Part shown: positions 9,326 through 18,600 of the stretch, piece after piece
How the letters are laid out: each line of letters starts with the position of its first letter
Position numbering within the stretch: position 1 is the stretch's first letter
NCBI GenBank assembly: GCA_036506915.1
Contig: DASXQY010000078.1
Coordinates: 551 to 64,550 of the forward strand
Source of the DNA: Gaiellaceae bacterium
GTDB taxonomy: Bacteria > Actinomycetota > Thermoleophilia > Gaiellales > Gaiellaceae
Reading direction: 5' to 3'
DNA: 64,000 nucleotides
Notes under the pieces: generated by a model
What the model was told of the DNA's origin: nothing
The model's input: only the letters and a program-made list of their open reading frames with translations
Databases searched by the model: none
Translations under genes and position numbers: made by a program

Positions 9326-9895
9326 CTAGCCGGGGGCGCGGGCGCGGAGCGACGCCTTGTACGCGCGCTTCTTGGCCTGGTAGTCCTCCAGCGCCTCGGC
9401 CGAGTCGACGTCGCCGAGGGTCGGGTGGCCCGGCACGAGCTCCTGTGCGGCCTCGACGCCGAACCGCTTCGCCAGCACGGCGCCGAGCGCCGTTACCTTC
9501 ATCTTCCCGAAGCCGGGCAGCGCCGCCAGCCGCCGCCGGAGCTCCGCACCGTCCCCGGCCTCGCTCCACACCCGCTCGGTGTTCCCACCGTACTCGTCGG
9601 CCACCACCGCGGCGAGATCCTGGATGCGCTCGGCCATCGTCCCCGGGAAGCGGTGGATGGCCGGCGTCTGGCGAAAGATCTCCGCGAGGTGGCCAGGATC
9701 CGTCCGGGCGATCTTTCCCGGCTCGAGCGTCCCGAGCCGCTGCTTCAGCTTCAGCGGGCCCGTGAAGGCCGTCTGTACCGGCACCTGCTGGTCGAGGGCG
9801 AACCCGACCAGGAGCGCGAACGGGTCGCGTGCCAGCAGCTCGTCGGCCTCGTCCACGCCCGTGAAGTGGATCCGGTCGGGGCGCGTCGTCGCCAC
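9326..9895 (-). CDS. HhH-GPD-type base-excision DNA repair family protein
   Basis: FALLVGFALDQQVPVQTAF...LPGFGKMKV; about 190 aa, typical of this actinobacterial family. Confidence 0.75.
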   Translation of the reverse strand: MATTRPDRIHFTGVDEADELLARDPFALLVGFALDQQVPVQTAFTGPLKLKQRLGTLEPGKIARTDPGHLAEIFRQTPAIHRFPGTMAERIQDLAAVVADEYGGNTERVWSEAGDGAELRRRLAALPGFGKMKVTALGAVLAKRFGVEAAQELVPGHPTLGDVDSAEALEDYQAKKRAYKASLRARAPG

Positions 9896-9905
9896 GAACG
9901 CGATC

Positions 9906-11285
9906 CTACAGCCACTCCGCCGCCCGCTCGGCGACGGCGACGGTCGTCAGGTGCGTGTTCGCGCTCGGGATGGTCGGGATTGCCGACGCGTCGACGACGT
10001 AGAGATTCTCGAACCCGAGCACCCGGCACTGTTCGTCCACGACGCGGCCGATCGCGCACGTCGCCACCGGATGGAAGAACCCGCGCGCGCTCTCCCGCAC
10101 GTGGCTCTCCGCGTCGACGTCCTCGCCCGGCCGCAGCTCGCGGCCGGCGTACAGCCGCACCGCGTCGCTTGCAACGATCTTGCGCAGGAGCTCGAAGCCC
10201 TCGCTCAGCACGTCAACGTCGCGCTCGTCCCGGAGGAAGCCGTGGTCGACCGCGAGCGGCGTCTCCGGATCCCGGGCGTGGAGCCGCACCGATCCGCGTG
10301 AGCGCGGCTTCATCGCGAACGCCGCGGCGCTGGCCTCCAGCGTCTCGTCGAGCGCGGGGAACAGAAGCAGGTCGTTCACGCCCGGCGGGCACGAGCGGCT
10401 ACGGGCCGGGTTGGTTACCTGGCCCATGTAGAGCCCGTGCTCCGCCTGGTGGGCGGCCAACCCCCGCAGCAGCCGGCCGGTCGGCTCCCAGGCCGCGCCG
10501 GTGCCGACGTGGTCGGACAGCCCCTCGCCGACCGGCAGCTCGGCCACGAGCTCGATTCCGTGGCGCCCGAGCTCGTCTGCCGGACCGATCCCGCTCCGCA
10601 GCAGGATCCCCGGCGAGCCGTAGGAGCCGGCCGAGACGACCACGAGATCCGCGCCGAGCTCGTGCCCCCCGGCCAGCGCGCCCACCGCCCGGCCGTCCTC
10701 TGTCAAAACGCGGTCGGCGAGCTTGTTCGCCAGGATCGTCAGGTTCGGCCGGCCGCGCGCCGGGTCGACGTACGCGAACCCCGTGTGCCAGCGGACGTCG
10801 CCGACCACGTTGATCTCGTGGACGATCGCCTCCTCACCACCGGCGGCGCGAAAGGCCCGGTGCCAGGGCGAGAGCTCCGCCTCCGGGATCCGCCGCGCGC
10901 GCAGCGCCCCTCGTGCCCGAGCCAGGTATGGCTTGAGCTTGTCGTACGACCAGCCCGGCCCCCAGTCGTAGTCCGAGGCCGCCCCCTCCAGCAGCACGCA
11001 GGCGTTGTGCGCCGAGCAGCCGCCCAGGATTCTCGCGCGGAGCTGGGAGCGGTCGTTCTCGTCGTCGCGCTCCCAGTAGTGCGAGTCGAGCGCGAGCCAG
11101 CGGGCGTCGAGGATGTCCTCCGGCCAGCGGCCCTCGTCGTAGTGGCCGTAGTCGGGACCGGCTTCGACGAGGCAAACCGAACGATCGGGGTCCTCGCTCA
11201 GTCGGCCGGCGAGCGCGCACCCGGCCGCCCCGCCGCCGAGCACCAGGACGTCGAACGACGGCGTGCGTGCCACTGGACAACTCAA
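9906..11285 (-). CDS. GMC family oxidoreductase
   Basis: FDVLVLGGGAAGCALAGRLSEDP FAD motif and C-terminal VVDASAIPTIPSANTHLT. Start is TTG 11285 or GTG 11273. Confidence 0.9.
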   Translation of the reverse strand: MSCPVARTPSFDVLVLGGGAAGCALAGRLSEDPDRSVCLVEAGPDYGHYDEGRWPEDILDARWLALDSHYWERDDENDRSQLRARILGGCSAHNACVLLEGAASDYDWGPGWSYDKLKPYLARARGALRARRIPEAELSPWHRAFRAAGGEEAIVHEINVVGDVRWHTGFAYVDPARGRPNLTILANKLADRVLTEDGRAVGALAGGHELGADLVVVSAGSYGSPGILLRSGIGPADELGRHGIELVAELPVGEGLSDHVGTGAAWEPTGRLLRGLAAHQAEHGLYMGQVTNPARSRSCPPGVNDLLLFPALDETLEASAAAFAMKPRSRGSVRLHARDPETPLAVDHGFLRDERDVDVLSEGFELLRKIVASDAVRLYAGRELRPGEDVDAESHVRESARGFFHPVATCAIGRVVDEQCRVLGFENLYVVDASAIPTIPSANTHLTTVAVAERAAEWL

Positions 11286-11329
11286 TCACGCCACTTCTCC
11301 GGAGCCAAACGCCGCCGTACACTCGGGAC

Positions 11330-14300
11330 ATGGCGGCTTGTCCCAGGTGTGGGCATGACAACCCGGAACACGCCCGGTTCTGCTCCGCGTGCGCCGCTCC
11401 GCTGCCCCCGGAGGCGCCCGCGTCCCGCGAGCTGCGCAAGACGGTGACCGTCGTCTTCTCCGACGTCGCCAACTCGACCAGGCTCGGCGAGAGCCTCGAC
11501 CCCGAGTCCCACCGGCGCGTGATGAGCCGCTACTTCGAAGCGATGCGGACGGTGCTCGAGCGCCACGGCGGCACGGTCGAGAAGTTCATCGGCGACGCGG
11601 TCATGGCCGTCTTCGGGATCCCGGTCCTGCACGAGGACGACGCCCTGCGAGCGGTCCGGGCGGCCTCGGAGATGCGGACGGCGCTCGCGGAGGTGAACGG
11701 ATCGCTTCGCGGGGAGTGGGACCTCGAGATCTCGGTCCGGACCGGCGTCAACACCGGCGAGGTCGTGGCGGGTCAGCCGGGCGCGCCGACGCTGGTGACC
11801 GGCGACGCCGTTGTCGTGGCGAAACGGCTCGAGGAAACGGCGGCGGCGAACGAGATCCAGCTCGGTGAGAGCACGTACCGGCTCGTCCGCGAGGCAGTGG
11901 TTGCCGAGCCGGTCGAGACCGTCGCAGCCAAGGGGAAGGGCGCGATCACCGCGTGGCGCCTGCTGGAGGTGAGGGACGCCGACGGGAACCACGTGCGGCT
12001 CGACTCGCCGCTGGTGGGGCGCAGCATCGACCTGGCCGCCCTCCAAGAGACGTTAGAGCTGGTCGAGCGGGGAGGCTCGTGCCGCCTCTTCACCGTGCTC
12101 GGCCCGGCCGGGATCGGAAAGACGCGTCTCACGCACGAATTCGTCGGTTGGCTCGGGGAGCGCGCGACGGTGCTTCGGGGCCGCTGCCTGCCGTACGGAG
12201 ACGGCATCACCTTCTGGCCGCTCGTCGAGGTCGTCGGGCAGGCCGCAGGTGTCACCGAGTGGGACACACCGGAGGCTGCGCGGCAAAAGATCGCCGCACT
12301 CCTGCCGAGGACCGAGGACTCGGCGCTCGTCTGCGAGCGGGTGGCGGCGGCCGTGGGCCACGGCGAGGCGGCCGCCGCCCGGCCCGACGAAACGTTCTGG
12401 GCGGTTCGGCGCTTCATCGAGGAGCTCGCCCACGACCGGCCGCTTCTCCTTGTCTTCGATGATCTCCAGTGGGCGGAGAGCACCTTCCTCGATCTGCTCG
12501 AGTACATCTCGGGCTGGACGACGAGGGCGCCGGTGATGCTCTGCTGCCTCGCGCGCGCTGACCTGCTCGAGCTTCGGCCGTCGTGGGGGCTCCCCAAGCC
12601 GAACGCCTCGGCGATCCTGCTCGAGCCCCTCAACGAGGACGAGACGGACGAGCTGATCGGCAATCTGCTGGGCCGGCTGCCACTTCCGAGCTCGGCGCAG
12701 GCACGGATCATCGCGGCGGCCGAGGGCAATCCGCTCTTCGCCGAGGAGCTGCTGCGGATGCTCCGGGACGAGGGCGCGCTGTGCCGGGACAACGGAGGGT
12801 GGAAGGTCACGGCCGACCTCGAGGAGCTCGCCGTGCCGCCCTCGATCCACGCTCTCCTGTCGGCACGCCTCGATCGGCTCGAGCCCGAGGAGCGGGCGGT
12901 CATCCAGCGAGCATCCGTCGTCGGGCAGGTGTTCTGGTGGAGCGCGGTCGCCGACCTCTCGCCCGATTCGGTGCGCGCCGACGTCGGCGCCTCCTTGCAG
13001 TCACTCGTTCGCAAGGAGTTGATCCGCCAGGAGCCGTCCGCCTTCGAAGCCGAGGACGCGTTTCGCTTCGGGCACATGCTGATCCGCGACGCGGCGTACG
13101 CGGCGCTGCCGAAGGAGGCGCGCGCGGACCTCCACGAGCGGATGGCGGGCTGGATCGAGCGGAGGACGAGCGACCGCAGCGCCGAGTACGAGGAGATCCT
13201 CGGGTACCACCTCGAGCAGGCGGTGCGCTACCGGGCCGAGCTCGGCCGCCGTGACGAGCCGACCGACGGGCTCGCCCTCCAAGCAGGGCGGCGGCTCGCG
13301 TCGGCGGGGCGGCGTGCAGCTGCGCTTGGCGATTCCCCTGCGGCGGCGACGCTCTTCGGACGTGCGGCGATCCTGTTGCCGGAGAGCGAACGCGAGCGCC
13401 CGGACGTCCTCGTCGATCTCGCCGAGGCGCTGCACGCGGTGGGTCGGCTCCATGAGGCGCGCGATGTTCTCGAGCAGGTGCTCGACCGTGACGGGGACGC
13501 CGACGCCGGCGTGAGCGCCCGCGCGCGCCTCGAGCTCGCGTTCCTGCGACCCAAGATCGACACCGAGTCGGAGGCGGTCGACGACTTCCAGCGCGCCGGC
13601 GAGCTGACCGCGGCGGTCTTCGAGGAGCTCGGGGACGACAGGCGCTTGACCAGGGCGCTCGTGCGGCTCGCCGACGCGCATTGGATGCACTGCCGGGCCG
13701 CGCAGATGGAGCCGCTGCTCGAGCGGGCGCGAGCGCTGGCCGTCCGTGCCGGCGATACCCGCGAGCTCGCGCAGATCCGCTACGGCCTCGCCCGCGCGGC
13801 CGCCCTCGGGCCGCTTCCGGCGGCTCAGGCCGTCGAGCGCTGTCGCCGGATCCTCCGCGAGTCGGCCGGGGACCGCTTCACGGAAGGCGTGACCGCGAAC
13901 GCGCTCGCCTATCTCGAGGCGATGCGCGGCAACATCGGGGAGGCACGGGAGCTCTCCGCCCGGGGCCGCGCGATTCTCGAGGATCTCGGCCTCGTCATCC
14001 TCGCCGCGGCGCTGGATGCCTGGCGGGGGCAGGTCGAGCTGCTGGCCGGGGACCCGGCGGGTGCGGAGGAGGTCTGGCGCGGCGCGTACGAGCGGCTCGA
14101 GGGGATCGGAGAGCGCGGCAACCTCTCGACGATCGCCGCCTTTCTCGCCGAGGCGCTCCTCGCGCAGGGGGCCGACGACGAGGCGGAGCAGCGCACGGAG
14201 GAGAGCGAGCGCACGGCGTCTCGCGACGACGTCATCTCGCAGGTCGCGTGGCGCGTGACGCGAGCGAAGCTGCTGGCCCGGCGGGGAGAGGTCGAGACGG

Positions 14301-14551
14301 CGGAGCGGCTGGCTCGAGACGCGGTGGCCCGGGCGGACGAGACCGATTGGCCAAGCCTTCGCGGCGCCGCACGCACGAGCCTCGCCGAGGCGTTGCGCGC
14401 CGCCGACCGGACGGACGAGGCGGCGGTGGTCGCGCGCGAGGCGCTGACGATCTACGAGGAGAAGGGCAACGTGATCTCGGCGGCACAGGTCCGCGCGTTG
14501 CTCGAGCGGAAGATCAGCGCCGGCGCTGCTCGAGACGATCGAGCATCGTAG
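11330..14551 (+). CDS. multidomain signalling protein: zinc ribbon + class III adenylate/guanylate cyclase + AAA/STAND ATPase + TPR-like repeats
   Basis: CPRCGHDNPEHARFCSAC; cyclase core VTVVFSDVANST..GDAVMAVFG; Walker A GPAGIGKTRL; long helical C-terminus. ATG 11330 with TACACT 6 nt upstream. Confidence 0.85.
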   Translation: MAACPRCGHDNPEHARFCSACAAPLPPEAPASRELRKTVTVVFSDVANSTRLGESLDPESHRRVMSRYFEAMRTVLERHGGTVEKFIGDAVMAVFGIPVLHEDDALRAVRAASEMRTALAEVNGSLRGEWDLEISVRTGVNTGEVVAGQPGAPTLVTGDAVVVAKRLEETAAANEIQLGESTYRLVREAVVAEPVETVAAKGKGAITAWRLLEVRDADGNHVRLDSPLVGRSIDLAALQETLELVERGGSCRLFTVLGPAGIGKTRLTHEFVGWLGERATVLRGRCLPYGDGITFWPLVEVVGQAAGVTEWDTPEAARQKIAALLPRTEDSALVCERVAAAVGHGEAAAARPDETFWAVRRFIEELAHDRPLLLVFDDLQWAESTFLDLLEYISGWTTRAPVMLCCLARADLLELRPSWGLPKPNASAILLEPLNEDETDELIGNLLGRLPLPSSAQARIIAAAEGNPLFAEELLRMLRDEGALCRDNGGWKVTADLEELAVPPSIHALLSARLDRLEPEERAVIQRASVVGQVFWWSAVADLSPDSVRADVGASLQSLVRKELIRQEPSAFEAEDAFRFGHMLIRDAAYAALPKEARADLHERMAGWIERRTSDRSAEYEEILGYHLEQAVRYRAELGRRDEPTDGLALQAGRRLASAGRRAAALGDSPAAATLFGRAAILLPESERERPDVLVDLAEALHAVGRLHEARDVLEQVLDRDGDADAGVSARARLELAFLRPKIDTESEAVDDFQRAGELTAAVFEELGDDRRLTRALVRLADAHWMHCRAAQMEPLLERARALAVRAGDTRELAQIRYGLARAAALGPLPAAQAVERCRRILRESAGDRFTEGVTANALAYLEAMRGNIGEARELSARGRAILEDLGLVILAAALDAWRGQVELLAGDPAGAEEVWRGAYERLEGIGERGNLSTIAAFLAEALLAQGADDEAEQRTEESERTASRDDVISQVAWRVTRAKLLARRGEVETAERLARDAVARADETDWPSLRGAARTSLAEALRAADRTDEAAVVAREALTIYEEKGNVISAAQVRALLERKISAGAARDDRAS

Positions 14552-15305
14552 GGTCGACCTCGCGCGCGGTCGCGGGCGGCACCACCAGCGTCATGCCGAT
14601 CGTCAGCTCGACCTCGGCCAACCGCTCCAGCGGCGCGCGCTTGACCACGGGGCGGGCGAGGGGATACGGAGAGGCCTGGTAGGCGATCACCTCGTGGGCG
14701 GGCGGGTAAAACCCGGTCAGGTACTCGACCAGCACGGGCAGGTTCGACCAGTCCGGCCGGTCGTGGTGGGCCGTCTGCCCGATCACGCCAATCTGCAGAA
14801 GGACGAGGAGAGCCGCCGCGTCGGGCTCAATGCGCCGCACGACGAGCTCTGTCGCGTGGTGGATCTGGCAGCCGGTCAGCGCCGGGTCGAGACCGAGGTC
14901 GGCGAAAAGGCAGTCGAGCGACGACACACCCGGGAACATCCTGGCGGGGAAGCCCTCGGCCCGCGCGCGCTCGACCGCCACCCTGGCCGGATAGACGTAG
15001 ATGCCGGGGTGGCCGTAGAACGCGGCGCAGACGTCGCGACCCCGCCGCATCGGGGACAGGATCTCGTCGGCCATCCCCTCGTAGGTCTCGAGCCGCTCCT
15101 TGCCGTCTCCGTAGTGCGTATGCAGCGAGCGGGCGCGAGGGTTGAGCCACTGGAGCAGGCGCACCGCGATCGGGTCGGCCACGAGGTAAAACGCGTCGTC
15201 CGCCGCCTCGAAGGAAGCTCGTGCCTGGGGCGTGAGCTGCCCGCCGACGTCGATCCCGGTCCCGACGATCGTGAGCGACCCGGGCGTCGCTCTCGCCGCG
15301 CTCAC
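14514..15305 (-). CDS. stand-alone borosin-type peptide alpha-N-methyltransferase (tetrapyrrole-methylase fold, OphMA/SonM-like)
   Basis: GSLTIVGTGI, FYGHPGIYVYP, PGVSSLDCLFADLGLDP, ..LVVPPA..MLDRLE line up with OphMA methyltransferase-domain motifs from memory. The GTG start overlaps the precursor stop (GTGA). Confidence 0.8.
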   Translation of the reverse strand: MSAARATPGSLTIVGTGIDVGGQLTPQARASFEAADDAFYLVADPIAVRLLQWLNPRARSLHTHYGDGKERLETYEGMADEILSPMRRGRDVCAAFYGHPGIYVYPARVAVERARAEGFPARMFPGVSSLDCLFADLGLDPALTGCQIHHATELVVRRIEPDAAALLVLLQIGVIGQTAHHDRPDWSNLPVLVEYLTGFYPPAHEVIAYQASPYPLARPVVKRAPLERLAEVELTIGMTLVVPPATAREVDPTMLDRLEQRRR

Positions 15306-15526
15306 CCGCTGACGATGATCGGCCAGTTCCCGCAGACGATGATCGCCGTGCCCGCACCGAGCTGTTCCACCACGGTGGCAATCTCGTCGGGATCGCCGCC
15401 CAACATGAGGGCTTGGTCGTCTGCGGAAACGCCCTGATCCCTCATGGTCTTCCTGGGGTTCTTGAGGTGCTTCTTTAAGTTGTCCGGACTCTTTCCCAGC
15501 CAGACCAGGTACTCGCCGAGCGACAT
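15302..15526 (-). CDS. candidate split-borosin precursor peptide (74 aa)
   Basis: MSLGEYLVWLGKSPDNLKKHLKNPRKTMRDQGVSADDQALMLGGDPDEIATVVEQLGAGTAIIVCGNWPIIVSG. AGGAGG lies 5 nt upstream of ATG 15526. The stop is fused to the methyltransferase start. Local GC dip. Confidence 0.7.
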   Translation of the reverse strand: MSLGEYLVWLGKSPDNLKKHLKNPRKTMRDQGVSADDQALMLGGDPDEIATVVEQLGAGTAIIVCGNWPIIVSG

Positions 15527-15659
15527 GTTCCCCTCCTGTTGCATGTGTGACCGTGCCGATCATCACTCCCGGGCGGGATCGGCGCAACCCGGGAATTGCG
15601 ATCAGGGCGTTCGTAACCGAGCCCCGGGGTAGGGGCGGGCCGATGGTAACGTCGGCGCG

Positions 15660-18600
15660 ATGGGCGACCCGCTCGCGCCGTTCAGTCCCGAGACCCGCGC
15701 CTGGTTCGAGCAGGCCTTCGCCGGGCCGACTCCCGCGCAGGCCCTCGGGTGGCCGGCGATCGCGCGCGGCGGGCACACGCTGATCCAGGCGCCGACCGGC
15801 TCGGGCAAGACGCTCGCCGCCTTTCTCTACGGGATCGACAGGCTCAACCCGGAGCCGGGCGAGGGGCTGCGGCTGCTGTACGTCTCGCCGCTGAAGGCGC
15901 TGAACTACGACATCGAGCGCAACCTGCGCGGGCCGCTCGCCGGCCTCCGCTCGGAGCTTCGCGTCGGCGTCCGCACCGGCGACACCTCCCAGAAGGAGCG
16001 CGCCGCGATGCTGCGCGAGCCGCCGGACATCCTGATCACCACTCCCGAGTCGCTCTTCCTCCTTCTTACTTCACGCGCGCGCGAGACGCTGCGGTCGGTG
16101 CGCACCCTCGTGGTCGATGAGGTCCACGCCGTTGCAGGCACGAAGCGTGGGGCCCATCTCGCGCTGTCAGTCGAGCGCCTGCAACGGCTAGTCGACGAAC
16201 CGATCCAGCGGATCGGGCTTTCCGCCACCCAGAGGCCGCTCGAGGAGATCGGGCGCTTCGTCTCGGGGGGTCAGGAGATCGAGCTCGTCGACGCCGGTCG
16301 GGCGAAGGAGCTCGATCTGCGCGTGGTCGTCCCGCTGGAGGACATGCGGGAGCCCGAGGAGCAGCAGTCGATCTGGCCCTCGATCTACCCGGAGGTGCTC
16401 GAGCTGGTCCGGGCGCACCGCTCGACGATCGTCTTCGTCAACAACCGCCGACTCGCGGAGCGGCTCGCGCTCCGCCTCAACGATCTGGCCGAGGAAGAGA
16501 TCGCGCGGGCCCACCACGGGTCGCTTGCGCGCGAGCAGCGGGTCGAGGTCGAGGAGCTGCTCAAGCGCGGCGAGATCCCGTGCCTGGTCGCGACCTCGTC
16601 GCTCGAGCTCGGGATCGACATGGGGGCGGTGGACCTCGTCGTCCAGATCGAGTCGCCCAAGTCGGTCGCGCGCGGGCTCCAGCGGGTCGGCCGCGCCGGG
16701 CACGAGCTCGGCGCCGTCTCGAAGGGGCGGATCTTCCCGAAGTTCCGTGCCGACCTGCTCGAGTCCGCGGTCGTCGCCCGGCGGATGCTCGACGGCGCGA
16801 TCGAGGAGACGAAGATCCCGCGGAACCCGCTGGACGTGCTCGCGCAGCAGATCGTGGCTATCTGCGCCGACGAGGAGATCGCCGTCGACGAGCTGCACCG
16901 GCTCGTGCGCGGCGCGTACCCGTTCGCCGACCTCTCGCGGGTCCAGCTCGAGAACGTGCTCGACATGCTCGACGGGCGGTACCCGTCGGACGAGTTCGCC
17001 GAGCTGCGCGCGCGGGTCGTCTGGGACCGCACCGCCGGCGTCGTGCGCGGCCGGCAGGGGGCGCGCCGGCTGGCGGTCACCAATGCGGGCACGATCCCGG
17101 ACCGCGGTCTCTTCGGCGTTCATCTCGTGGACGGCGGCGGACGCGTCGGGGAGCTCGACGAGGAGATGGTCTACGAGGCGCGCGCGGGACAGACCTTCCT
17201 CCTGGGCGCATCGACGTGGCGAATCGAGGAGATAACGCGCGACCGCGTGCTCGTCTCGCCCGCGCCCGGGGTGCCCGGGGCCGTGCCGTTCTGGAAGGGC
17301 GAGGGGGTCGGCCGGCCGTACGAGCTCGGGGAAGCGATCGGCGCAGCGTCGCGGCAGCTCGTCGCGCTTTCCGATCCGAAAGCGCTAGAGCGGCTCCGTT
17401 CCGAGCACACGCTTGACGAGCGCGCCGCAACGAACCTCCTAGGCTTCCTGCGCGAGCAGGAAGCCGCCACCGGCGCCGTGCCCTCCGACCGCACCGTGGT
17501 GGTCGAGCGCTTCCGGGACGAGATCGGCGACTGGCGGCTCTGCATCCTGACCCCGTTCGGCGGCAGGGTGCACGCGCCGTGGGCCCTGGCGCTGGGGGCC
17601 CGGCTGCGCGAGTCGCTCGGGCTTGAGACGCAGGCGATCTGGTCGGACGACGGAATCGCGATCCACCTGCCGGACGCCGACGCGACGCCGCCGACCGACG
17701 ACGTCCTGCTCGATCCCGGCGAGGTCGAAGACCTCGTCACCCGGGAGCTCGGCGAGACGGCGCTGTTCGGCGCCCGTTTTCGCGAGAACGCAGGTCGAGC
17801 GCTGCTGATCCCGCGCCGCCGTCCGGGCGAGCGCACGCCCCTGTGGCAGCAGCGCCTGAAGGCCCAGTCGCTCCTCCAGGTGGCGCGGCGTTACCCCGCC
17901 TTCCCGGTCGTGCTCGAGACCTACCGAGAGTGCCTCCAGGACGTCTTCGACCTGCCCGCTCTGAAGCGGCTCCTGCAGGGGCTGCGCACGCGCCAGATCG
18001 ACCTCGTCGACGTGGAGACCGCCTCGGCCTCGCCTTATGCGGGTTCGCTGCTCTTCGACTACGTCGCCAACTACATGTACGAGGACGACACGCCGGCGGC
18101 CGAGCGGCGGGCGCAGGCCCTCTCGCTCGACCGCGACCTGCTGCGGGAGCTCCTCGGCCAGGAGGAGCTTCGCGACCTGATCGACCCGGGGGCGCTGGCC
18201 GAGGTCGAAGAGCAGCTCCGGGGGCGGCCGCGGACGCCGGACGAGCTCCACGATCTCCTGCGGAGGCGCGGCGACCTGCGCGCGGACGAGTACGACGGCG
18301 AGCTCGCGGCGCCGCTGCTGGACGAGCGCCGTGCGGTGCCGGTGCGCGTCGCCGGGGAGGAGCGGCTGATCGCGGCGGAGGACGCGGGTCGCTACCGCGA
18401 CGCGCTCGGGGCGATGCCCCCCGGCGGCCTGCCGGAGGCCTTTCTCGAGGCCGACGAGGAGCCGCTCCACTCGCTGGTGCGGCGCTTCGCCCGCTCGCGC
18501 GGCCCCTTCACCACGGCGGAGGCGAGCGAGCGCTTCGGCCGGGAGGTCGAGTCGGTCCTGCGTGAGCTCGAGCGGCGCGACCAGCTCGTTCGCGGCGAGC

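Noticed and set aside
15476-15478. bldA-like developmental control: a TTA codon in the RiPP precursor together with a tRNA-Leu(UAA) gene at 54119..54206.
   Set aside because: In-frame TTA codons also occur in ordinary genes here (nei codon 56 at 20765-20767; the hypothetical gene at about 21507). TTA is therefore not restricted to accessory genes in this genome, and the tRNA is probably just the normal UUA reader.
14514-15776. Reading the whole 420-aa ORF 14514..15776 as a fused (OphMA-style) methyltransferase with an N-terminal extension.
   Set aside because: The first 157 codons are Arg/Pro/Gly-rich, overlap the well-supported precursor ORF in another frame, and run into the lhr promoter and start. 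The methyltransferase homology begins right after the GTG at 15305, which overlaps the precursor stop.
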